From the NCBI GenBank assembly GCA_947585425.1, contig CANPWZ010000001.1:70367-134366 (forward strand): 64,000 nt of DNA. The letters run 5' to 3'. Every line of letters begins with the position of its first letter. The first letter of the stretch is position 1. The stretch is from an uncultured Oscillospiraceae bacterium. GTDB taxonomy: Bacteria; Bacillota; Clostridia; Oscillospirales; Oscillospiraceae. The notes under the pieces were generated by a model. That model was not told the origin of the DNA. It saw only the letters and a program-made list of their open reading frames with translations, and searched no databases. Positions 9,221 through 18,664 of the stretch are shown here, one piece after another. The position numbers and the translations under genes are program-made.

Positions 9221-10159
9221 TCAGATCATCAGCTTCGTGAACAGCCAGGCCAGGGCCCCGCATACGGGGAAGGTGAGGATCCAGGCCCCCGCCATCTCTC
9301 CCATGATCTTGGGGTCCGCCTTCCGGCCCGCGCCGCACACGGCGGCCACCTTGGCGTGGGTGGTGGACACCGGCAGCCCCAGCAGGGAGCAGGCTAGCAG
9401 CACCGCCCCGGCCCCCAGATCGGCGCACAGCCCGTCGGCGGGGGAGAGAGAGGCCAGCTCCGAGCCCACCTTCTCCACGATGGGCTTTCCCCCGCAGGCG
9501 GTGCCCAGGGCCATCACGGAGGCGATGAGCAGGGCCAGGGGGAGGACGCCGCCTTTGTCCTCCATCGACCCGCCCCCGGCCAGCAGGAGCAGGGCCAGGA
9601 ATTTCTGCCCGTCCTGGGCCCCGTGGAGGAGGGCCGTCAGCGCGGCGGAGAGCCGCTGCCACCGCTCAGGGCGACGGAGCCGGCCTCCCACCAGGCGGCG
9701 GAACAGCCGGGCGCAGGCCGCTCCCGCCGGCAGGGACAGGACCAGCGCAGCCAGCGTTTTCCTCCACGCCCCGCCGTTAAGGACCGTCAAACCTCCCCCC
9801 AGGGCGATCGCCCCGCCGGACAGCCCCGCCAGCAGGGCGTGGCTCTCGCTGGTGGGCAGGCCGAACCGCCAGGCCAGCGCTGCCCACAGCACGATGGCAA
9901 GCATGGCCGCCGCCAGGACGGCGGGCCCGTCCGTTTGGGAGGGGAGGGAGGCCAGCTCCTCCACGGTGGCGGCCACGGCGGGGAACAGCAGGCAGGAGGC
10001 GGCCGCGCCGACAAAATTGCAGACCGCCGCCATCCACACCGCCCGCCGGAAGGGCATGGCCCCCGAGCCCACGGCGGTGGCGATGGCGTTGGGCGCGTCG
10101 GTCCAGCCGTTGACAAAGACCACCGCCAGCGCCAGCAGGCGGGGCAGAGCGCTCTCCAT
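9221..10159 (-). CDS. Inorganic phosphate transporter, PiT (PHO4) family
   Basis: NGWTDAPNAIATAVGSGAM signature and a second repeat, GLPVSTTHAKVAAVCGAG. ATG at 10159 sits 7 nt from SD GAGGGGG. Confidence 0.85.
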   Translation of the reverse strand: MESALPRLLALAVVFVNGWTDAPNAIATAVGSGAMPFRRAVWMAAVCNFVGAAASCLLFPAVAATVEELASLPSQTDGPAVLAAAMLAIVLWAALAWRFGLPTSESHALLAGLSGGAIALGGGLTVLNGGAWRKTLAALVLSLPAGAACARLFRRLVGGRLRRPERWQRLSAALTALLHGAQDGQKFLALLLLAGGGSMEDKGGVLPLALLIASVMALGTACGGKPIVEKVGSELASLSPADGLCADLGAGAVLLACSLLGLPVSTTHAKVAAVCGAGRKADPKIMGEMAGAWILTFPVCGALAWLFTKLMI

Positions 10160-10314
10160 GGGCACACCCCCTCGGCCAAGGGTATGGCCCGCCTGTCCCC
10201 TTTAGAACGGACGGGCGTTTTTTCACGAAAATTTTTGAAAAAATAAAGGGTTTTTGCCCCCGGACGGTGTAATAGTAAACGTGAAACATCTTGCACGTTG
10301 AAGGAGGTCATGTG

Positions 10315-11319
10315 ATGAACATTCGTGAACGCACGGAGGAGCTGGAGCGGCAGACCCTGTCGCCCCGGGCCTGCCTGTCGGAGAACTCAAAGGGCCGGGC
10401 GGCGCCTATCCCCGACGATCCCATGCGCACCTGCTTCCAGCGGGACGTGGACCGGGTGGTCCACAGCAAGGCCTTCCGCCGGTTGAAGCATAAGACCCAG
10501 GTGTTCCTCCAGCCCGAGGGGGACCACTACCGCACCCGCATGACCCACACCCTGGAGGTCTCCCGCATCGCCCGGACCATGGCGAGGGGCCTGCGGCTCA
10601 ACGAGGATCTCGCCGAGGCGGCCGCCCTGGGCCACGACCTGGGCCACACCCCATTCGGCCACGCCGGGGAGCGGGCCCTGTCCCGGATGGTGTCCGGGGG
10701 ATTCAGGCACTATGAGCAGTCCCTGCGGGCGGTGGACCGGCTGGAGAACGACGGGGCCGGCCTGAATCTGTGCCAGGAGGTCCGCAGCGGCATCCTCTGC
10801 CATACGAAAGGTCCCGCGGCCGACACCCTGGAGGGGCAGCTGGTGCGGTTTGCCGACAAGATCGCCTATATCAACCACGACATCGACGACGCCCTCCGGG
10901 GCGGGGTCATCTACCCCACCGACATCCCGGTGGCCATCTCGCAGGTGCTGGGCTACACCCACGGGGAGCGCATCGCCACGCTGGTGCAGGATGTGGTGGA
11001 CGCCAGCGCCGACGGCGATACCATCCGCCAGTCCGACCAGGTGGGCGGGGCCATGGCCGACCTGGAGGACTTCATGTTCAAGGCCGTCTATACCAATCCC
11101 CTGGCCAAGGGAGAGGAGGGCAAGGCGGAGCACATGATCTGCCTGCTGTTCGAGTACTACAACAAGCACACGGACGAGCTCCCCCCGGAATATCAGGAGA
11201 TCCTGATGGCGGAGGGCACCGAGCGGGCGGTGACCGATTACATCGCCGGCATGACCGACACCTACGCGGTGGAGACCTTTGGCCGGCTGTTCGTCCCCAT
11301 GGGCTGGATGGTGAAGTGA
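10315..11319 (+). CDS. dGTP triphosphohydrolase-like HD-domain protein
   Basis: FQRDVDRVVHSKAFRRLKHKTQVF, RMTHTLEV and GHDLGHTPFGH motifs. SD AGGAGG upstream of the ATG at 10315. Confidence 0.85.
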   Translation: MNIRERTEELERQTLSPRACLSENSKGRAAPIPDDPMRTCFQRDVDRVVHSKAFRRLKHKTQVFLQPEGDHYRTRMTHTLEVSRIARTMARGLRLNEDLAEAAALGHDLGHTPFGHAGERALSRMVSGGFRHYEQSLRAVDRLENDGAGLNLCQEVRSGILCHTKGPAADTLEGQLVRFADKIAYINHDIDDALRGGVIYPTDIPVAISQVLGYTHGERIATLVQDVVDASADGDTIRQSDQVGGAMADLEDFMFKAVYTNPLAKGEEGKAEHMICLLFEYYNKHTDELPPEYQEILMAEGTERAVTDYIAGMTDTYAVETFGRLFVPMGWMVK

Positions 11320-11320
11320 C

Positions 11321-11950
11321 GTGACGGAGTATCTCGTCCCCACGAAGGCGGCCTCGGCGGAGTTCACCGAAAAGCGCTCCACCTTCATCGGCCAGGTGTG
11401 GCCGGTGGACAGCGAGGAGGAGGCCCGGGCCCGGATCGAGGAGACCAAAAAGAAATACCACGACGCCCGGCACAACTGCTGGTGCTATCTGGTGAAGGAC
11501 GGCCCGGTGCGCTATTCCGACGACGGCGAGCCCCAGGGCACCGCCGGCCAGCCCATGCTGGCGGTGTTCCAGAAGGAGGGGGTCACGAACGTGTGCTGCG
11601 TGGTGACCCGGTACTTCGGCGGGGTGCTGCTGGGGGCGGGGGGGCTGGTCCGGGCCTACACCCAGGCCGCCAAGGACGCCCTGGACGCCGCCGGCATCTC
11701 CGTGGTGCGCCGGTGGGTGGAATTGTCGGTGGACTGCCCGTACAACCTTCTGGAGCGGGTAAAGAACGAGTGCGCCGCCCACGGGGGCGTTGTGGGGGAC
11801 GTGGAGTACGCCGCCGCCGTCACGGTCCGCGCCCTGCTGCCGGAGGAGCGGGCGGGGGAGTTTGCCGCCGCCCTCACCGAGCTGTCCGCCGGGGCGCTTG
11901 CCGCCGTGGAGCTGGGGGAGACCTTCAAAGCCGTCCCAATTTCCGGGTAA
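11321..11950 (+). CDS. yigZ: YigZ / IMPACT family protein (UPF0029)
   Basis: EKRSTFIG and HNCWCY, DDGEPQGTAGQPML motifs. Confidence 0.8.
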   Translation: MTEYLVPTKAASAEFTEKRSTFIGQVWPVDSEEEARARIEETKKKYHDARHNCWCYLVKDGPVRYSDDGEPQGTAGQPMLAVFQKEGVTNVCCVVTRYFGGVLLGAGGLVRAYTQAAKDALDAAGISVVRRWVELSVDCPYNLLERVKNECAAHGGVVGDVEYAAAVTVRALLPEERAGEFAAALTELSAGALAAVELGETFKAVPISG

Positions 11951-12007
11951 ATGCGGAAAATTGTGATAAAACGGGCCTGTTTTGGCTAATATGCAGGGGG
12001 TGAGACC

Positions 12008-13789
12008 GTGCCCATCTCAGACAGATACCTGGACGAACTGAACGACCGGCTGGACATCGTGGAGGTGGTCTCGGCCTATGTGCCCCTGACGAAGAAGGGA
12101 TCCAACCACTGGGGGCTGTGCCCCTTCCACCATGAAAAGACCCCCTCTTTCTCCGTCAACGAGTCCAGGCAGATCTTCCATTGCTTCGGCTGCGGCAAGG
12201 GGGGCGGCGCCATCCGCTTCGTCATGGAGATGGAGAACCTGTCCTTTCCCGACGCGGTGCGGAAGCTGGCCGAGCAGACGGGGATGCCCCCGCCGGAGGA
12301 GAACGCCGCCGACGGCCGGAGGCAGGAGCGGCGCAGGCGCATCCTGGAGTTGAACAAGGAGGCCGCCCGGTTCTACCGGGATATGCTCTCCAGGCCGGAG
12401 GGGGCGGCGGTGTGCGCCTATATCCGGGACAAGCGGCGGATCAGCCCGAAATTCTCCGCCCGGTTCGGCCTGGGGGCCGCTCCCGACGCCTGGGATTCCC
12501 TCATCAGGGCCATGGCGGAGAAGGGGTACGACAAGGCGGATCTCATCGACGCGGGCCTTGCCGTGGCGGGCAAGAACGGCGGGATCTACGACAAGTTCCG
12601 CAACCGGCTCATGCTCCCCGTCATCGACGTGCGGGGGGACGTGATCGGCTTCACCAGCCGGGTGATGGACGACTCCACGCCCAAGTATCTGAACACCCCG
12701 GAGACCGCCATCTTCAAAAAGCGGTCCATCCTCTACGGGCTGAACTACGCCAAAAGCACCAAGCGGCCCAACCTGATCCTGGTGGAGGGCAACATCGACG
12801 TGATCACCATGCACCAGGCGGGCTTCGACAACACCGTGGCCACCATGGGTACCGCCCTCACCGAGGAACACATCCGCATCCTGGGCAAGTATACCAAGGA
12901 GCTGGTGCTCTGCCTGGACAACGACGCCGCCGGCGAGGACGCCACCCAGCGGGCCATCGCCCTGCTGAAAAACGCGGATATATCTGTAAAGGTTTTGCGC
13001 CTGCCACGCCGCAGGACAGAGAGCGGGGAGCTGGTAAAACAGGACCCGGACGACTACATCAAGAACCACGGCGCCGAGGCCTTCGAGGGCCTGCTGACCC
13101 GGAGCGCCAACTCGGTGGAGTACCGGCTGGCCGCCCTGGAGGGACAGTTCGACCTGAAGCGGGATGACCAGCGGGCCCAGTTCCTCCAGGCGGCGGCGGA
13201 GGTGGTGGCGTCCCTGGCAAGCCCGGTGGAGCGGGAGATCTACGCGGGCCGCGCCGCCGAGACCGCCGGCGTCAGCCGGGAGGCGGTGGCCCAGGAGGTG
13301 GAACGCCTCCGCAGGCGGAAAAACTGGCAGGCCAAAAAGGACGAGGAGCGCCGCAGCATGACCCCCGCCCGCCAGCTCCAGCCCAAGGAGCGGGAGCTGC
13401 GCTACGCCGACGTCCGCTCCGCCCGGGCGGAGGAGGGGGTGCTCCGGGTGGTGCTGCTGGACGGCGACTTCTTCACCCGGCTGGACGACCTGGCCCCGGA
13501 GGACTTCTCCTCGCCCCTGCTGGGGAAGGCCTACGGCATCCTGAAACGGCGGTGGCAGGAGGGACGGCGGCTGTCCCTCTCCGCCCTGGAGGGGGAGTGC
13601 TCCCCGGCGGAGCTGGACCAGCTCTCCGCCATCCTCCAGGAGCCGCAGCCCCGGAACACCGCCCAGGCCGCCCTGGAGGACTTCAAGAGCGCCATTTTGG
13701 AGCGGAAAAGCAGCAAAAACATCACCGGCGCCCAGGGGCTGAACGCCCTGAAGGACGCGCTGAAGCAGAAAAAAGGATTGGGAGGATAA
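12008..13789 (+). CDS. dnaG: DNA primase
   Basis: Zn-ribbon [13 protein letters not shown]...[30 protein letters not shown] and LDNDAAG motifs. Position upstream of rpoD. Confidence 0.95.
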   Translation: MPISDRYLDELNDRLDIVEVVSAYVPLTKKGSNHWGLCPFHHEKTPSFSVNESRQIFHCFGCGKGGGAIRFVMEMENLSFPDAVRKLAEQTGMPPPEENAADGRRQERRRRILELNKEAARFYRDMLSRPEGAAVCAYIRDKRRISPKFSARFGLGAAPDAWDSLIRAMAEKGYDKADLIDAGLAVAGKNGGIYDKFRNRLMLPVIDVRGDVIGFTSRVMDDSTPKYLNTPETAIFKKRSILYGLNYAKSTKRPNLILVEGNIDVITMHQAGFDNTVATMGTALTEEHIRILGKYTKELVLCLDNDAAGEDATQRAIALLKNADISVKVLRLPRRRTESGELVKQDPDDYIKNHGAEAFEGLLTRSANSVEYRLAALEGQFDLKRDDQRAQFLQAAAEVVASLASPVEREIYAGRAAETAGVSREAVAQEVERLRRRKNWQAKKDEERRSMTPARQLQPKERELRYADVRSARAEEGVLRVVLLDGDFFTRLDDLAPEDFSSPLLGKAYGILKRRWQEGRRLSLSALEGECSPAELDQLSAILQEPQPRNTAQAALEDFKSAILERKSSKNITGAQGLNALKDALKQKKGLGG

Positions 13790-13794
13790 CGACC

Positions 13795-15099
13795 ATGAGC
13801 GAAAAGAAAAAGAACGGCAAAAAGCCGGAGACGGTGGCCATCCAGGTGAGCCCCGAGAAGCTGGAGGCGGCCAAACAGGAGCTCTCCAGGATGGTGGAGG
13901 GGGTGGCCGGCGGCGAGAAGCTGCTGGAGCTGGTGGACGCCGGCTACAAGAAGGGCAAGCTGTCCTCCGGCGAGCTGATGGAGGCCATGGACTCCCTGAA
14001 CCTGGAGACCGAGCAGTTCGACAAGATCTACGACGTGCTGGAGAACCTGGGCGTGGACACCGCGGAGGAGGAGGACTTCCCCACCGCTCTGGACGACGAT
14101 CTGGCCCCGCCCGTGGACGAGCTGGAGGAGCTGCCCGAGGAGGAGATCGTGGACCCCAACGCCATGCTGGACGCCTTCGCCATCGACGACCCGGTGCGGA
14201 TGTACCTGAAAGAGATCGGCAAGGTGGACCTGCTCACCCCGGAGCGGGAGGTGGAGCTGGCCCAGGTGATGGACGCGGGCAACGCCGCCAGAGAGCAGCT
14301 GGAGGAGCTGACCGCCGGGGGCGAGGAGGCGCCCGAGGAGGTCAGGGCCGAGCTGGACAAGGCCATCCGGGCCGGCGAGCGGGCCAAGCAGCAGCTGGCC
14401 GAGGCCAACCTCCGGCTGGTGGTGTCCATCGCCAAGCGGTATGTGGGCCGGGGGATGCTGTTCCTGGACCTGATCCAGGAGGGCAATCTGGGGCTCATCA
14501 AGGCGGTGGAGAAATTCGACTACACCAAGGGCTACAAGTTTTCCACCTACGCCACCTGGTGGATCCGGCAGGCCATCACCCGGGCCATCGCCGACCAGGC
14601 CCGGACCATCCGCATCCCGGTGCACATGGTGGAGACCATCAACAAGGTCATCCGGGTGAACCGGCAGCTTTTGCAGGAGCTGGGCCACGATCCCACCCCC
14701 GAGGAGACCGCCGCCGAGATGAATATGCCGGTGGAGAAGGTCCGGGAGATCCTGAAGATCGCCCAGGAGCCGGTGTCCATGGAGACCCCCATCGGCGAGG
14801 AGGAGGACTCCCACCTGGGCGACTTCATCGAGGACGAGAGCGCCTCCGAGCCCTCCGAGGTGGCCTCCTTCACCCTTTTGAAGGAGCAGCTGGTGGAGGT
14901 GCTGTCCACTCTGACCCCCCGGGAGGAGAAGGTATTGAAGCTCCGCTTCGGCATCGAGGACGGCCGCACCAGGACGCTGGAAGAGGTGGGCCGGGAGTTC
15001 AACGTCACCCGGGAGCGCATCCGCCAGATCGAGGCCAAGGCCCTGCGGAAGCTCCGCCACCCCAGCCGCTCCAAAAAGCTGAAGGACTTTTTGAACTGA
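13795..15099 (+). CDS. rpoD: Primary RNA polymerase sigma factor (SigA/RpoD)
   Basis: ATG at 13795 after SD GGAGGA. Region 2 ([51 protein letters not shown]) and region 4 ([20 protein letters not shown]). Confidence 0.97.
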   Translation: MSEKKKNGKKPETVAIQVSPEKLEAAKQELSRMVEGVAGGEKLLELVDAGYKKGKLSSGELMEAMDSLNLETEQFDKIYDVLENLGVDTAEEEDFPTALDDDLAPPVDELEELPEEEIVDPNAMLDAFAIDDPVRMYLKEIGKVDLLTPEREVELAQVMDAGNAAREQLEELTAGGEEAPEEVRAELDKAIRAGERAKQQLAEANLRLVVSIAKRYVGRGMLFLDLIQEGNLGLIKAVEKFDYTKGYKFSTYATWWIRQAITRAIADQARTIRIPVHMVETINKVIRVNRQLLQELGHDPTPEETAAEMNMPVEKVREILKIAQEPVSMETPIGEEEDSHLGDFIEDESASEPSEVASFTLLKEQLVEVLSTLTPREEKVLKLRFGIEDGRTRTLEEVGREFNVTRERIRQIEAKALRKLRHPSRSKKLKDFLN

Positions 15100-15108
15100 G
15101 AGGACAGG

Positions 15109-15140
15109 AAAGAGCCGCCTGCGGAAGCAGGCGGCTCTTT
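15109..15140. terminator. Bidirectional terminator AAAGAGCCGCCTGC-GGAA-GCAGGCGGCTCTTT
   Basis: 14-bp stem between the convergent rpoD (stop at 15099) and the MBL gene (stop at 15143). Confidence 0.85.
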
Positions 15141-15142
15141 CG

Positions 15143-15958
15143 TTATTTCCGCTTTTTCGCGGGCGGCTGGCCGGCGTCGGACTCCTTGACGAAGATACCC
15201 ACCAGTTCCCCGGCGTCGGGATCGGCCAGGTCCAGCACGAACAGCCGCCCTTTCAGGGTGGGGATGGGGTAGAACACATATTCCTGGCTGCGCTTTTTGC
15301 CGATGAGGTCCAGACACTGGGCGAAGCGGTCCAGCTTGGATTTGGGGAACAGGTAGTCGAAGTGGGCCAGCAGGAAGTGGTCGAAGGGCACGTCTTTCAG
15401 CCTCTCCAGGGTCTTTTTGTAGTCCTCCAGGGAGCTCTCCGGGAAGAACAGGCAGGCCTGGGGGGAGACGGCGTCCCCGGCCAGCAGGAGGCCGCGCTCC
15501 CGGACGAGCAGGCCCAGGCTGCCGGGGGTGTGGCCGGGCAGGGCGATGACCTCGGCGGTGAGGCCGCCCAGGTCGATGACCGTGCCGGGAGCGATGGGGC
15601 GGACCCGGCTTTTGTCGGCGAAGTTGGGCACCATGTAGGAGAAGTCCATCCCCTGGGTCTCCTCCAGGATGGGCAGCTCGCTGAGGCCCACGTCCATCAG
15701 GGGGAAGTCGGCCTCCGACAGATAGACTCGGTCGAACTGGCAGTTGCCGCCCACGTGATCGAAGTGGCAGTGGCTGTTGATGACCATGGGCGCATGATCG
15801 GTGAGCCCGGCCACATAGGAGCGCAGGTCCCCGATCCCCATCATGGTGTCGTACAGGATGGCGCCGGTGGCCCCCGCCAGCAGGGTGCAGAAATTGCCCC
15901 GCCCGTCCCCGATGTGGAACACGCCCTCCATGACCTCTCTGTGGCTCAGCCCTTCCAT
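15143..15958 (-). CDS. MBL-fold metallo-hydrolase
   Basis: HCHFDHVGG zinc motif and LPGHTPGS. ATG at 15958 preceded by GGAGGG. Confidence 0.8.
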   Translation of the reverse strand: MEGLSHREVMEGVFHIGDGRGNFCTLLAGATGAILYDTMMGIGDLRSYVAGLTDHAPMVINSHCHFDHVGGNCQFDRVYLSEADFPLMDVGLSELPILEETQGMDFSYMVPNFADKSRVRPIAPGTVIDLGGLTAEVIALPGHTPGSLGLLVRERGLLLAGDAVSPQACLFFPESSLEDYKKTLERLKDVPFDHFLLAHFDYLFPKSKLDRFAQCLDLIGKKRSQEYVFYPIPTLKGRLFVLDLADPDAGELVGIFVKESDAGQPPAKKRK

Positions 15959-16035
15959 GCCGGTCCCTCCCCGCGTTTTGGGAAATGGTAGCACGGAAGA
16001 GGGGCGGCTGTCAAGCGGGAAGAGACGGGAAAGGC

Positions 16036-16064
16036 TTGAAACCGCCGGGGATCCGTGATAAACT
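16036..16064 (+). promoter_or_regulatory. Candidate promoter of the PucR-type regulator (TTGAAA - 17 nt - TAAACT, TGn extended -10)
   Basis: Hexamers and spacing read directly from sequence. 32 nt upstream of the ATG at 16096. Confidence 0.4.
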
Positions 16065-16095
16065 AAACGGAAAGACAGAGAGAGGAGCGAGGCGG

Positions 16096-17337
16096 ATGGA
16101 GCGGATGACCCCCGAGCGGCTGGGGCGGGCCAGGGACGAGATGTTCCGGGCCCTTCAGACCAAGACCCCCCTGCGGCAGTTTTTACAGATCGCCCACGAG
16201 GCCACCGGCCTCCAGTTCAGCCTGTGCAGCGCCAGCTTCGCGGTGCTGGCCGCCTGCCCCGACATGGACGACGAGACCAACCTGGTCACCTCCGGCGGCC
16301 GGCAGTTCGTGCGCTTCGGCGTGACCCTGGAGATGGACGAGAAGCGGCACGTGAAGCGCCTTTTGGAGAGCACCCGGCCCAGCGTGTCCAACGACCCCCG
16401 CTTCCCCTATCCCATCCTGTTCCAGGCCATCCGCATCAACCAGGCCATGGTGGCCTATCTTTTCTCCCCCGGCCGGCCGGAGGGCTTTTTCCCGGAGGAG
16501 CTGGAGCTGGTGGAGTACCTGGCCCAGGTGCTGTCCATCGAGATGCAGAAGCAGGACTTTTTTGCCTCCGAGAGCGGCGTGAAATACGAGTACTTCCTGC
16601 TGGAGCTGCTGGAGAGCCGTCTGAAGAGCGAGACCTCCGCCGTCCAGCGGCTGCACCAGCTGGGCCGCAGGCCCCAGCCCTATTACTACCTGGCGGAGTT
16701 CACCTTTGACGACGTGAGCTCCCGCCCCTCGGGCAGCTATTTCTTCGACCAGCTGCTCTCCCTGTTCCCCGACAGCCTGGTGGGGCTCATCAAGGGCCGG
16801 ATGTGCATGCTGCTGCCCAGGGGCCAGATCGGCGCCCTCACCCCCTGGGAGGAGGAGGCGCTGAAGAGCTTTTTGGAGTTCAACCATATGCGGGTCAGCT
16901 TCAGCGACCGATTCACCTCCCTGCTGGCCGCCCCCTATGCCTGGGAGCAGGCCCGCCGGACCGCGGCGGAGGGCTCCGGCGAGGAGCGGGTGCGGTACTA
17001 TGAGCAGGTCCGCCTCTACCACCTGCTGGACCGGGTGGGGGACAGCGAGCTGCTGCGCTCCATGATCCACCCGGACGTGGAGCTGCTCCGCCGGTACGAC
17101 GGGGAGCATAACACCCACTATCTGGACACCCTCTGGGCCTATCTCGACGCCAACCGCAGCGCCGCCCAGGCGGCCTCCGCCCTGTTCATCCACAAGAGCA
17201 CCTTCTTCTTCCGCATGGGCAAGATCGCCGAGCTGGTGGGGGACGACGTGATGCGGGACGGGGAGCGGCTGTTCGACTATGAGCTGTCCCTGCGGCTGCT
17301 GGAATACCTCCACCGGGGGAGCGACCAGGAACATTAG
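16096..17337 (+). CDS. PucR-family transcriptional regulator (uncharacterised N-terminal sensor region plus C-terminal HTH)
   Basis: C-terminal PucR-type HTH YLDTLWAYLDANRSAAQAASALFIHKSTFFFRMGKIAELVG. Start at MERMTPERL after SD GAGGAG. Confidence 0.75.
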   Translation: MERMTPERLGRARDEMFRALQTKTPLRQFLQIAHEATGLQFSLCSASFAVLAACPDMDDETNLVTSGGRQFVRFGVTLEMDEKRHVKRLLESTRPSVSNDPRFPYPILFQAIRINQAMVAYLFSPGRPEGFFPEELELVEYLAQVLSIEMQKQDFFASESGVKYEYFLLELLESRLKSETSAVQRLHQLGRRPQPYYYLAEFTFDDVSSRPSGSYFFDQLLSLFPDSLVGLIKGRMCMLLPRGQIGALTPWEEEALKSFLEFNHMRVSFSDRFTSLLAAPYAWEQARRTAAEGSGEERVRYYEQVRLYHLLDRVGDSELLRSMIHPDVELLRRYDGEHNTHYLDTLWAYLDANRSAAQAASALFIHKSTFFFRMGKIAELVGDDVMRDGERLFDYELSLRLLEYLHRGSDQEH

Positions 17338-17390
17338 ACAAATGTCTGAAAAGAGGCCGTATTTTATATAAAGCATTTGACTGCTGTCGG

Positions 17391-17426
17391 ATGACGAAAC
17401 GGGCAAAGAGAATTATAATCATAATT
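17391..17426 (+). promoter_or_regulatory. Candidate operon promoter (ATGACG - 17 nt - TATAAT) overlapped by inverted repeat AATTAT-AATC-ATAATT
   Basis: -10 TATAAT at 17414-17419. The 6-4-6 palindrome at 17411-17426 overlaps it. Lies in the only AT-rich stretch upstream of the operon. Confidence 0.4.
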
Positions 17427-17526
17427 GAATAGATTGCACAAAGGAGCGCGGCAAAACTCTGGTGTTTATGGGGACAACTCACGATTTTACCGGCGCTCCC
17501 GTGTGAGCGGGCCGCCGGAGGCCGGA

Positions 17527-17569
17527 GCGGGGGAGACCCGCCCGGAGCCCCCGGCGCTTTGCGTTTTTT
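17527..17569 (+). terminator. Terminator-like element inside the operon leader (GC hairpin then TTTGCGTTTTTT)
   Basis: GCGGGGG (17527-33) pairs with CCCCC(G)GC (17548-55), followed by a T6 run at 17564-69. Two more GC hairpins follow at 17601-17618 and 17628-17642. Confidence 0.35.
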
Positions 17570-17673
17570 CAGACGGCAGTCTCGGTTCGTTCGTAATTTG
17601 GCCGCGCGGGCGGCCGCAAACATAGAGGGTCCGGCGGACCCGGGCCCTCAAGGAGAAAACAGGAGGTAATGTT

Positions 17674-18621
17674 ATGGCATTCAAAGTGATGGGCGTCTGC
17701 GGCGGACGCAGAGACGGAAACAGCGAGATCCTGACGAAAGAGGCTTTGCTGGCCTGCCAGGAGCTGGGCGCGGAGATCACCTACGTCAACCTGAACGACT
17801 ACAAGATCCTGGACTGCACCGGCTGCACCCACTGCACCCAGGGGATGTTCATGAAGGGCGAGAACGTGGGCTGTGTGCTGAAGAACGCGGACGACAAGGA
17901 CAAGCTGATGCAGGCCATGTTCGAGAACGACGCCTTCATCTTCGCCGCCCCCACCTACGATCTGCAGGTGTCGGCCAACTTCACCCGGTTCATGCAGCGC
18001 TCCCTGGCCTATGAGACCGCCTTCCTGGAGAAGATCGGCGCCATCAAGCCCAAGCACCGCATCGCCGGCCTGATCACCACCGGCGGTTCCACCCGGGCGT
18101 GGATGTCCATGTCCCTGGAGAACATGCAGGCCGCCATGTTCACCTGCGACTTCAACGTGATCGACATGATCCTGGCCACCCGGGTCCCCGCCAAGGGCCA
18201 CGTGCTCACCCGGCCCGAGCTCATTGAGCGGGCCCACAAGATGGGCGAGAACATCATGCGCTCCCTGAGCAAGGATCCCAAGGACCGGGGCTGGGAGGGC
18301 GACCCCGACTTCGGCTGGTGCCCCCACTGCCACTCCAACTCCCTGTCCCTGGGCGAGCCCCAGTGGGACGGCACCTACTACAAGGTGGAGTGCCAGGTGT
18401 GCGGCTGCGGCGGCGTGCTGAAGGAAGAGGACGGCAAGTGGAAGTTCGTCATCGACCCGGAGAACGGCCACCTGAAGGACCGCACCACCGTGGCGGGCCG
18501 CGGCCTCCATCTGGACGAGATCGGCACCACCGAGGGCGGCTTCTACCGCGATCCCCACAACTTCGAGATCGTCAAGGAGAAGATGCCCCGCTACAAGGAA
18601 ATGAAGTACAAGACCGTGTAA
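17674..18621 (+). CDS. Iron-sulfur-flavoprotein-like FMN reductase (flavodoxin fold) with a Cys-rich C-terminal zinc-ribbon-like domain; candidate flavonoid ene-reductase
   Basis: SD AGGAGG. N-terminal KVMGVCGGRRDGNSE flavodoxin-like start, compact Cys motif C48-x2-C51-x2-C54-x12-C67, C-terminal WCPHCH...ECQVCGCGG. Confidence 0.6.
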   Translation: MAFKVMGVCGGRRDGNSEILTKEALLACQELGAEITYVNLNDYKILDCTGCTHCTQGMFMKGENVGCVLKNADDKDKLMQAMFENDAFIFAAPTYDLQVSANFTRFMQRSLAYETAFLEKIGAIKPKHRIAGLITTGGSTRAWMSMSLENMQAAMFTCDFNVIDMILATRVPAKGHVLTRPELIERAHKMGENIMRSLSKDPKDRGWEGDPDFGWCPHCHSNSLSLGEPQWDGTYYKVECQVCGCGGVLKEEDGKWKFVIDPENGHLKDRTTVAGRGLHLDEIGTTEGGFYRDPHNFEIVKEKMPRYKEMKYKTV

Positions 18622-18664
18622 GTCATCAGGCACAAGTTTACATAATCTTTTAGGAGGTAACACC

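Noticed and set aside
9141-9662. Overlapping alternative-frame ORFs within the PiT gene region (9141..9662 minus, 9623..10246 plus, 9777..10311 minus).
   Set aside because: They are shadow frames of the PiT gene with Arg/Gly/Pro-rich composition and no motifs.
7404-10205. 933-aa plus-strand ORF crossing the acetyltransferase tail, the LVIVD gene and the PiT gene.
   Set aside because: It is out of frame or antisense to three well-supported genes. Its composition is Arg/Gly/Pro/Ala-rich with no domain signature and no start context.
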